A stretch of DNA of 63,670 bases, filler included, from Octopus bimaculoides (taxonomy: Eukaryota): NCBI RefSeq assembly GCF_001194135.2. It is 5 parts of 5 records of this genome, joined end to end, with 100 filler letters (N's around TTAATTAATTAA, not from the genome) between each part and the next. Parts side by side here need not be neighbours in the genome. Positions count along the whole stretch, not along the records: positions 1 to 26,255 come from NC_068990.1; 4 more parts are not named here. One strand, written 5' to 3'. Below are positions 1 through 9,684 of this stretch, piece after piece; within the stretch, counting starts at the first letter, position 1; every line of letters begins with the position of its first letter. The translations under genes were made by a program, and so were the position numbers. Below the pieces are notes generated by a model, which was not told where the DNA came from, did not search any database, and saw only the letters and a list, made by a program, of their open reading frames with translations.

Positions 1-463
1 GTTTCTTTTTCTCTGTATGACGTGCTTGGGCTTGAAGCCTGTTTGTGTTTGTGTTCACCGTTTTCTTGTCTGCTCTCCTGTCTCTGTCGCTTGGTGTGGT
101 GCTGCGTTGGCTGTATTCACCATGGCCATTGCAGCCCTCAGCAGTGGCTACAGCACTGGTGGCATTTGCCTTGTCTCGGTGGTCCATTTGGTCCTCTTGA
201 GCCTGAGCACAGTGTGCAGGGTCTTCACTGTCCTTTTTTGTGTCTGTGTCTCTCATAATGCCTTCTAGGAGGTCAAGGTGTGGTTTCACGATCTCGTAGG
301 AGCGAATGAGCTCCAGTTTCTTTCGATCAATTTGAGCCATTGACCTGTGGAAATTGTACCTATCCAGGCTTTTGGCTATTAGATTATTTGCTGATGATCC
401 TTTGGCCAGGTTCCATGCTTGTACAAGAAAGCGAACTTCCTCCAGCTGCCAGTTTCGGCACAT
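1..463 (-). CDS. Stop-free ORF, 154 codons, running off the left edge; N-terminal Myb/SANT-like (trihelix) motif; probably TE-encoded
   Basis: ATG at 463-461 with an in-frame TAG just upstream. Hand translation: MCRNWQLEEVRFLVQAWNLAKGSSANNLIAKSLDRYNFHRSMAQIDRKKLELIRSYEIVKPHLDLLEGIMRD..., no stop to base 1. W-x2-EE-x2-L-x3-W ... IA-x2-L ... RS-x2-Q-x3-K-x2-L-x3-Y resembles trihelix spacing. More GC-rich than its flanks. Confidence 0.5.
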   Translation of the reverse strand, partial: MCRNWQLEEVRFLVQAWNLAKGSSANNLIAKSLDRYNFHRSMAQIDRKKLELIRSYEIVKPHLDLLEGIMRDTDTKKDSEDPAHCAQAQEDQMDHRDKANATSAVATAEGCNGHGEYSQRSTTPSDRDRRADKKTVNTNTNRLQAQARHTEKKK

Positions 464-489
464 CTTCCTTTGCTATCTTTCTTTTTTTC

Positions 490-521
<32 letters not shown>

Positions 522-859
522 TATTCTCTTTCTTTCTCCTTTTCCTTTTTTATGACAACTACATTCCCCCCGCCACCCCCTTTCCCATATTTAACGTTAT
601 TATAAATACGTTACTCTTTACCCCTCCACTCCATAGATTAAGATACAATTGTCGTTACCAGTGCATAGGTTTTCCATGCGCAAACTTGTGTATATATCTG
701 TGCCTTGTGAATATAGGCCTATATACGTAGATTGTCTGTGCGTATGCAGCTGTGTATTTCGATGTATATATTTATATATATATGTTGTGGATAGCCTTGT
801 ATACATACACGCTATTGTAATTTTTATTTTGAATGCAGCGTATACTTTATTCTACTGAT

Positions 860-1262
860 TTGATTTTAATGCGTTAATTCGAATATAATTAATTATCTAT
901 AATATGTATTTGGAGCCCATTTTTCTATTTAAGGGTTTCTTCGATATTTTTTTAATAGGATGAATCTGTATTAAATTCATTTGGTCTGTGAATTACGCAT
1001 CATTGACCGTTAATTGAAACGACCAATCCATGGCCCTTATTTGAAACAACGAATCCATGTTTTAAATTTTATATTACTTTCGATTGCATTGTTATCCTTT
1101 CTCCATTTCTAACAAAACTGTCTGATGAATGGGAACTTGAAACTCAGAGTAACGGTTTTTTTGTTATATTTCTGCTGCTTTTAAATAAAGCATATTACTC
1201 TATCTCTGGTATTTGAGTACTCTTTTTTCCACCTTGTTGCACATTTCATGTGCTTACTCCGG

Positions 1263-1263
<1 letters not shown>
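860..1263 (+). mobile_element. Penelope-like element pseudo-LTR 3' end
   Basis: Hammerhead-like core at 1114-1159, then AATAAA near 1184, ending at a (TA)n run. This order is typical of PLE termini. Confidence 0.55.
1114..1159 (+). ncRNA. Minimal type I hammerhead ribozyme motif (PLE-type)
   Basis: AAAACTGT-CTGATGA-ATGGGAACTT-GAAA-CTCAGAG-TA-ACGGTTTT. Stem I is 8 bp with one G-U, both core boxes are intact, cleavage triplet GUA at 1149-1151, helix III short, helix II weak. Confidence 0.65.
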
Positions 1264-1294
<31 letters not shown>

Positions 1295-1296
1295 CA

Positions 1297-2530
1297 TATG
1301 CATATATGGGTACAGGATGTCACCAACAGTGAACAACATGAAATACCAGAATATATGAGTTGAAAATGCAAACAACGAGAGAAACAAATGTAAAACAGAA
1401 CAAGTAACACAAAGAATGGCCCTTCATCAGTTGTCGGCTGTCTATCTACTCCTCATTTCGAACACTGAATGACAATATGAGTCTTCAAAGACACTTTCTC
1501 CCACAAATACCAAAATAAAATTTGGGATTTATGGAGAGTCAAAGTTGGGAACAAAAACATGACAGTGGAGACATACAAGTAAACCAAATGAAAGCAAACA
1601 TGAAGAGTCATTAGACGAGAATGAAGGTAAAATAGCGAATGCTGGAGAAATATTTTCTTTGATAAGAGAAAAGACAGAAGAAAGAGATAGGATACATCCA
1701 GTCCTTAGGACAGTCCTGAAAGAAAAGAAAGAGGGATGGTGCTCACATGTGAGCAACAAGAAAGATAAAAGGAGAAAGAGGAGAAGAGAGAGAGAAAACG
1801 ATGAAGAGGGGAAAAAGAGAATTAGAGAAAGGATGAGAGAGAAAATGATGTGGAAGAAAACAGTATAGAGTAGAGTCACATCAAAAAGATTAAGATAAAA
1901 TTACTTGGAAACGAATGCATAGTGGTCAATCAAATAATATAAATAATATATATGCATATATGGGTACAGGGTGTCACCAACAGTAAACAACATGAAATAC
2001 AGAAACAAATCTGTTCAATACGCAAATGAGAGAAACAAATGAAAAACAGGACAAGAAACATAACGAACAACCCTTCAACAGTTGTTGGCTGTTTATCTCC
2101 TCCTTATTTCGAAAACTGAATGACAATATGAGTCTTCAAAGATAGTTGCTCCCATAAGTACCAAAATAAAATTTGGGATTTAAGGGGAGTCAAAGTTGGG
2201 AACAAAAACAGGACAGTGGAGACTTTGTTCGGTTTCCTTGTATGTCTCCACTATCCTGTTTTTGTTCCCAACTTTGACTCTCTATAAATCCCAAATTTTA
2301 TGTGTTTCTGTATTTGGTGATGTCCTGTACCCATATATGCTCATATATATATATATTTATATATATATATATATATTATTTATATTATTATTTGACTGAA
2401 CACCACACATTTCCAAGTAAGTTTATCTTAATCTCCGTGATGCAACTCTACTCTATACTGTTTTCTCTCTCATCCTTTCTCTCCTCTTCACCATTTTCTA
2501 TCTGTTTTATCTCTCTCCTCCTCTTTCATT
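1297..2530 (-). mobile_element. Penelope-like terminal-repeat block: partial tandem plus inverted copy
   Basis: 1300-1575 recurs at 1954-2225 (offset 654). Inverted arms at 2167-2223/2244-2300. 2314-2340 is the reverse complement of the unit start, and 2410-2485 inverts about 1826-1911. Confidence 0.55.
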
Positions 2531-2739
2531 GTTTCATCCAAGTAAGTATATGTGTGTGTGTGTGTGGTGATAAAGATATATATGTTACTTAGTAACAATA
2601 ATAAATAGTGGTAGAAAATCTGAAACCATCATTATTTAATATCTGTTTTCCATCTTGGCATACACACACAATTTGGGTAGTAAGCCTTGATCTAATCCTA
2701 AAGTTTGCTCCATTCTCCTTGATTATAATTATGTGTGTG

Positions 2740-2900
2740 TACAAGGAGGTGCTGAAAACTTCCTGGCTTTAAGGGCATTGCAAAGGGCCTGGTTGGGGGG
2801 GCCCAACATTCTGAGGTCATTTACAGGGCTTAGTAAAACTGAAGAACCACGTGTAATAAATGTGAATCTGAGAGGGGATTACATTGAATAAAATCTTAAT
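2740..2900 (+). mobile_element. Internally deleted mariner-like relic
   Basis: ACAAGGAGGTGCTGAAAACTTCCTGGCTTT resembles a mariner TIR. GTGAATCTGAGAGGGGATTACATTGAATAA resembles a transposase C-terminus (RGDYIE*). Related copy at about 48040-48175. Confidence 0.45.
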
Positions 2901-3261
2901 TGTTTCTCCTCCTGTATATTTTTTTTTTACTACCCCCTTGTGTGTGTGTGTGTGCACGCGCGCATATTTGCTTGTGTGTATTTATGAAAATGAAAATCCA
3001 CCTTACAAGGCAAACACTCAACAGATTGTTGCTTAATGGCATAAGGGTAGTAGATACAATGATGTTGTTGAATATGACATAAATCTGAACATTGATGCTT
3101 GCAGTTGGGGACAGTAACTAGAAGATATTGATTGACGTTTGAAAATTATAAATCCTGTTGTTTCATTTTAACAGTCACAACAGACAGATTGATTAAAGGT
3201 GTGTTTCTATGCATCATCATCATCTATTCCTGGACATTACTGTCCCTAGACTCCTAGGAAT

Positions 3262-3458
3262 GGTTACCATGGCATATAAGTGACTGAGATCACAACCTTC
3301 TCCTGAACAGGATACCAGTCCATTGCAAGGTTTCTCATTTATATCTGAGTGAAATAGAGCATTTGGCTCAAGAGCACAATATACTGCCTGGTCCAGGAAT
3401 CAAAATCATAATTGCAAGATCTCGAGTTCAACACACTAACCACTAGACTATGCACATT
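3262..3458 (-). mobile_element. Decayed tRNA-derived SINE, same family as 29921-30420
   Basis: Shares the blocks GCTCAAGAGCACAA and GGTCCAGGAATCAAAATC...CTAACCACTA with the 30 kb copies. Confidence 0.55.
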
Positions 3459-3494
3459 TTATATACAAGCACACACAGATCATTGTTATTATCT

Positions 3495-5014
3495 TGAAAA
3501 TCCTACAGGAGCCAGTCAGGCGGTACTGGCAACGGCCACGCTCAAAATGGTGTATCTCATGTGCCACCCGCACAAGAGCCAGTCCAGGGGCACTGGCAAC
3601 GATCTTACTTGGCTTGCCGGGTCTTCTCATGCACAGCACATTTCCAAAGGTCTCGGTCAGTAGTCATCGCCTCGGTGAGGCCCAATGTACGAAGGTCTTG
3701 CCTCACCACCTCAGCCCAGGTCTTCCTGGGCCTACCTCTTCCACGGGTTCCCTCAACTGTTAGGGTGTGGCACTTTTTCACGCAGCTATCCTCATCCATT
3801 CTCACCACATGTCCATACCAGCGCAATCGTCTCTCTTCCACACCACAACTGATGCTTCTAATGTTCAGCTTTTCTCTCAAGATACTTACACTCTGACGGG
3901 TATTCACATTGACATTACACATCCAACGGAGCATACTGGCTTCATTCCTTGCGAGCTTACGTATGTCCTCAGCAGTTACAGCCCATGTTTCACTGCCATG
4001 TAGCATGGCTGTTCATACGCATACAGTCTGCCTTTTACTCTGAGTGAGAGTGCCTTTGTCGCCAGTAGGGGTAAGGGCTCTCTAAACTTTGCCCAGGCTA
4101 TTCTTATTCTAGCAGCTACACTTTCAGCGCACCCACCCCCACTACTAACTTGGTCGCCCAGATAGCGGAAGCTATCGACTACCTCTAGTTTTTCACCCTG
4201 GAATGAGATAGAAGTTNNNNNNNNNNNNNNNNNNNNNNNNNNNNNNNNNNNNNNNNNNNNNNNNNNNNNNNNNNNNNNNNNNNNNNNNNNNNNNNNNNNN
4301 NNNNNNNNNNNNNNNNNNNNNNNNNNNNNNNNNNNNNNNNNNNNNNNNNNNNNNNNNNNNNNNNNNNNNNNNNNNNNNNNNNNNNNNNNNNNNNNNNNNN
4401 NNNNNNNNNNNNNNNNNNNNNNNNNNNNNNNNNNNNNNNNNNNNNNNNNNNNNNNNNNNNNNNNNNNNNNNNNNNNNNNNNNNNNNNNNNNNNNNNNNNN
4501 NNNNNNNNNNNNNNNNNNNNNNNNNNNNNNNNNNNNNNNNNNNNNNNNNNNNNNNNNNNNNNNNNNNNNNNNNNNNNNNNNNNNNNNNNNNNNNNNNNNN
4601 NNNNNNNNNNNNNNNNNNNNNNNNNNNNNNNNNNNNNNNNNNNNNNNNNNNNNNNNNNNNNNNNNNNNNNNNNNNNNNNNNNNNNNNNNNNNNNNNNNNN
4701 NNNNNNNNNNNNNNNNNNNNNNNNNNNNNNNNNNNCATTCTTCTATCCCAAGTTTCCTCATTGGCCACCAGATAAGGGATCGGGGGACCCTGTCAAAGGC
4801 TTTCTCCATGTCAACGAAAGCCAGGTTCAGAGGTTTATCCTTAGCTAGGTATTTCTCCTGCAGCTGTCTCACTAGAAATAAGGCATCAGTAGTGCTTTTA
4901 CCTGGCATGAACCCAAACTGCTTCTCATCTAAATTGATTCACTCCCTAATTAGTTGGGCTATGACCCACTCTGTAACTTTCATAACCTGATCTAACAGCT
5001 TGATGTTAGATCAG
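3495..5014 (-). mobile_element. RTE-clade LINE, 5'-truncated, disrupted ORF2 (reverse transcriptase), spans an N gap
   Basis: Translation IKLLDQVMKV..*INLDEKQFGFMPGKSTTDALFLVRQLQEKY...AFVDMEKAFDRVP, then FRYLG, MLHGSETWAV, RRLRWYGHV, RGRGRPRKTW. In-frame stop upstream of QFGF and a frameshift near 4010. Confidence 0.92.
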
Positions 5015-5034
5015 TATATATATATATATATATA

Positions 5035-6260
5035 TACAGGGTGCATAAGGTATTTGAAGACATACCTTTTTGGGGTTTTGCTGCATTTTTTGCTAACTCT
5101 ATATAATCTTTGTTTCAGAAAATAATAATGGTAGACCCTCAGCTTACTCAAGAAATGAAGAAGCATGCTGTTATTGGGTTATAAAAGCTGAGCATAGCGA
5201 TTTAGAGATATCTCGATTTTTAGAAGTTACCAGATCTTTCAGCTGCAAAGATTGTAAGGAGCTAGAGACTGAAGATGGAAATGTATCACCAATATCAATG
5301 CATAAAAAGCATTCTAAACACTCTGAAATCATCAGAACATCTGAATTTATCCAGCAAGTTCAACAGACTAGTGATTACAATCCCAGAAAGTCCATTAAGG
5401 TCAACTGCAAAAGGTCTCCATGTGTCAGAAGGAACAGTCAGAAATGTTGTCCACCAAGACATCAGATATAAGTCTTATATGATGAGGAAGGGTCAATTTC
5501 TTGGAAAAAGCAAAAGAAAATTACTGTATCAGATCTAAAAGCTTCTTAAACAAACTGAAAAATCCAGCAGAAGATTAGATTTCGTTTTTCTCGAGTGAGA
5601 AAACTTTGACCAAGATCAAAAGTTTAACAGAAGAAATGACAGATGGTTATGTGCAGACCCTTCTGAAGTTTCAAGTGATAGGCATACAAAATTTCCTGCA
5701 ACTGTCATGGTTTTAGCAGTTGTTCGCAGTGAAAAACATGTGATGCCTCTTTACTTCTTTCCACAAGGCGTTAGAGTTAACTCTGCCACCTACATTGAGG
5801 TCCTGGAAATAATTGTTAAGCCCTAGATAGACAGTGTATGCAATGGAAGGCCATATGTGTTTCAGTAAGACTCTGCACTATGATATATCGCTCTAGTAAC
5901 AGGAATAGATGGCTGAAAATTTTCATGATTACATAACCCTTAACATTTGGCCTAATTCCCCCGAATCTCCATCCATTGGACTATTACATGGGGAGCGTTG
6001 TTGAGAGAGAGGTCAATGAACACACCTATAACATAAGATTCTTCGAAAGCTGCCATAGTTAGAGCAATGTCCAAAATGAACCTGGGCCACTTGATTCGGG
6101 CATGTAGACGATTTAGATCTCATATAGAAGCAGTTGTCGAAGCTGAAGGTGGCTTTATTGAATAACATTATAGAAAAGAAGGTTTATTTTTTATCTGTTA
6201 TTATATATCAGTTTTTTTTACAAACATAAAGGTGGCCTCAAATATCTTACGCACCAGGTA
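5035..6260 (+). mobile_element. Near full-length Tc1/mariner element, maT (DD37D)-like, with dead transposase
   Basis: TIRs TA-CAGGGTGCATAAGGTATTTGAAGAC and the reverse complement of GGCCTCAAATATCTTACGCACCAGG-TA, set within (TA)n. Transposase remnants: FFS.EK, NRRNDRWL, KFPATVMVLAVV, YIEVL..IVKP*, YVFQ*DSA, WPNSP/PNLHPLDYY. Confidence 0.85.
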
Positions 6261-7925
6261 TATATATATATATATAGATAGAGAGATATAGATATAGAGA
6301 GAGAGATAGATATATATATATATATATACATAAAGAGAGAGAGAGAGTGAGAGAGATATAGAGAGAGAGAGAGAGAGATATATATAGAGAGATATATATA
6401 TATATATATNNNNNNNNNNNNNNNNNNNNNNNNNNNNNNNNNNNNNNNNNNNNNNNNNNNNNNNNNNNNNNNNNNNNNNNNNNNNNNNNNNNNNNNNNNN
6501 NNNNNNNNNGAGAGAGAGAGAGAGAGAGAGAGATAGAGAGAGAGAGATAGAGAGATAGATATATAGAGAGATAGATATATAGAGAGATAGATATAGAGAG
6601 ATAGATATATAGAGAGATAGATAGAGAGAGATAGATAGAGAGAGATAGATAGAGAGAGAGATACCAGATTGATTATTAGTATGAAGTTATGGCTGTGTCA
6701 GAGTACTCCAAACAATATAGATCATTTGTCAGGTGAGATCATTTTTAATCTTACCAATTATGTTCATGCTGCAAAACTTCATTTATTAATTCAGGTAGGG
6801 TTATTTGGGATGCGTTAGCATATTTTTGATTTGAGCCATGCTATTGTGTTCATGTGGAATTACCACAAATATATTAATTACCATATGTATATTAATTTGT
6901 ATAATATTCATAGTGTATTAGTACAGAACAATATCTAAAATATTTAATATGTGTAATTTTGTTCATGTGTCACATAAAAAAAAGGGGAAAATAATACTGT
7001 AAATATACACACTCAACACTCAAGTAAGCAGCTATAGAGATCTGGTAATTTTCAGTTGCTAAAAACTGAGTCACTTCTTTAAAACCATCTGGAAACATAC
7101 ATGTCTTGGCACATATATAGGTGCATAGGAACGTGTGCTGATTTTCAATTTTCTCAGGTGACGTTTGATATATCTTGAAACAAGAAGAGAGCTGATTGAC
7201 TGCAAGATATCACCTCAAGCAAATCCCCACCACAACCACCATTAAACATGCGAAAAAGAAAAAAAGTGAAAATCAAATAAATATAAATGGAAAAGATAAA
7301 ATATGGAGATGCCACTCATCGCAAAGAATTAATGTGTATCCTTTCAAAGACAGGATGTAACATGGTTAAAAATAATTAGATTTCTGATAATGTTTGAAGA
7401 TGCTTGCCAGATGAAAACTAATATTTGGAGTCAGTATAAAGAAAGGAGGTACTCCATCAGCAGGTTTTTTTTTAGATGGTTTTGCTGTTGGTCTTACTTT
7501 TAGTTCTTTTTCATATTCTTCTTTGCTTTCTTTTTTTTTTCCATAGCATTGATACTGTGAGAATTAACAATAGAGAACCTCATACATTGTTGCTAACATC
7601 TGTAGATGCTATTGGATAGAGTGAAAATTATTATTATGATTAATAGAAACATTTTTTAGTTGAGTGACACAAATGGAAGGAGCACTGGAATAAAGACCTA
7701 ACATCTAACACCATCCAGTTTTATCTCATCTTCCACCCTTGCCTACCCCCACAGGTGTGGTGGAAGGCAGCAGTATTCAGTTACATTTCTTTGTTATATG
7801 TTCTGCATTCGTGCAGCCCATTCAGTGTATAAAACAAGTACCAGTAATTTACTGCTTGAAGGTTGACTGGATTACCACTTTCTACACAATAAATATCATT
7901 GTCTTTATTATTATTTATGTTGTTG

Positions 7926-8140
7926 AAGGTGGTGAGCTGGCAGAATCATTAGCACATTGGGCAAAATTCTTAGCAACATTTCATCTGTCTAAACATTCTG
8001 AGTTCAAATTCTGCCAAGGTCAACTTTGCCTATCATCCTTTCAGGGTCAATAAAATAAGTACCAGTTGAAAACCAGGTTGGATGTAATTGAGTGACCCTT
8101 TCTTCTGAACTTGCTGGCCTTGTCCCAAAATTTGAAACCA
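7926..8140 (+). mobile_element. tRNA-derived SINE, family A (GGTGAGCTGGCAGAA head)
   Basis: Head GGTGGTGAGCTGGCAGAATC, B-box-like GAGTTCAAATTC, core CATCCTTTCAGGGTCAATAAAATAAGTACCAGT, tail GGCCTTGTCCCAAAATTTGAAAC. Confidence 0.75.
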
Positions 8141-8835
8141 TAATTATTGATGTTGTTGTTCTTTAGCCCCAGGTCAGCCCTGATAAAGCAGATGTAGAAT
8201 CAAAGACACTCATTCCAGCCATGTCTATCCCATCTGTTTCTATAGCAAGAATTTCATTTTGCAATCTGTTCGTATTTGTTTAAGAGGGTGTGATTTAAGA
8301 TTTAGGTACTATTTCTAACTCTGGCAAATCTACCATTGATGTCCCATGGGGTAAATAGCAGGACAGAGATGACAACTGTTTGTACTCATGGGTTGATGGT
8401 TGGTTACAGTAAGTGTCTTGTTCTAGATAATTACATATATTTATTTTCTAAGTTCAAATCCTATCAAAGTTAATGCTGTTTATCATTCTTCTGGGGGTCA
8501 ATAAAATAATATCAGTCATTTATCAAGGTTAATCAAAGAAACTATCTGCCCCCACACTTCTCCAAAATATAAGTCTCTGAGCCACTTATAAACTATGACT
8601 GTTGCTATCTGTGGAGATTATATGGGAACATATGCTTAGTGTCAACATATAGCCATCTTGATAAGTCTACTACATCATCTACTATATAGATATATATACA
8701 TATCTATATAAACATCAACAAATAGAAGAGGTTTTGTAAGATTCTAGATGAAATGAATTTTTGTGATGCATGTCTAAATATTCTAATGCACTCAACTAAA
8801 TAATTTAAAACCTGCTATGGGGGAATGTTGGAACA

Positions 8836-9684
8836 TACGAGGCAATATCAAAAAGTTTCTGGAACACTTATGTTTAATAAAAAAATAACTTATTTACCTA
8901 ATTTTTAACATCATCTCCTTCAAAATAGTCACCTTGCACAGCAATACCTAGTGTTCCTGCCACTTTTGGAATCCGGCCTGGAAATCATTTTCCATAAGCA
9001 AGTTGAGGACCTTCTGTAATTCACTTTGGATTTTGACAAGTGCTAAAATGATAACCTTTGAGCTGCATTTTTTTCTTGGAGAGGAGATGGAAGTCTACAG
9101 GTGCTAAATCTGGCAAACACAGCATGTGAGGAAGCAATACTATGTTGTTTTTGGTGAGAAACTCTCAAGTGAGGAGAGCTCTGGAAGAATCCAATTCTTT
9201 GTGCTCCACAAATTCAGTTGCTTTTGCTGAGATGCTTCAGAACATCACAGTAGAACTCTTGATTAGTAGTCTGACCCTGGGGAATGAATTCTCAAAGCAC
9301 AATACTATGGATGTCAAAAAACAAATATGGTGAGCACGCTCTTTAAGCTGCAGCTCTGTTTTGCCTACTTTGGTTGTGGAGATGAAGGCTTCTTCCATTG
9401 TGACAGCTGTAGACTCAACCCTCATCACTGGTGATGATCCTCAACATGAAAGATGAGTCATCAGTGGCATGTTGATGGAGATCTTGACAAATTTTGATGA
9501 AATGTCCATGACAAAATTGCAGACTACAGCATACATGTGATCACAGAAACACAAATTTCACAACTCATGAAGTGATGTCACTTGGCACATTGCCTCATGA
9601 AGTTAACTACTAGCTCTCACTGTGCACTGCCATTGGTTGGTGTACTACAGAACTAGTCCATTAACGTTTTGATACTGCCTCGTA
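8836..9684 (-). mobile_element. Mariner element with intact TIRs and TA target duplication, decayed and shortened transposase
   Basis: TACGAGGCAATATCAAAAAGTT at 8836 pairs with AACGTTTTGATACTGCCTCGTA ending at 9684. Minus-strand PHMLCLPDLAPVDFHLLSKKKMQLKGYHF corresponds to the YSPDLAP.DF motif. Confidence 0.85.

Noticed and set aside
1420-1470. CTGATGA with an upstream GAAA on the minus strand as a type II hammerhead
   Set aside because: I could not form stems I, II or III.
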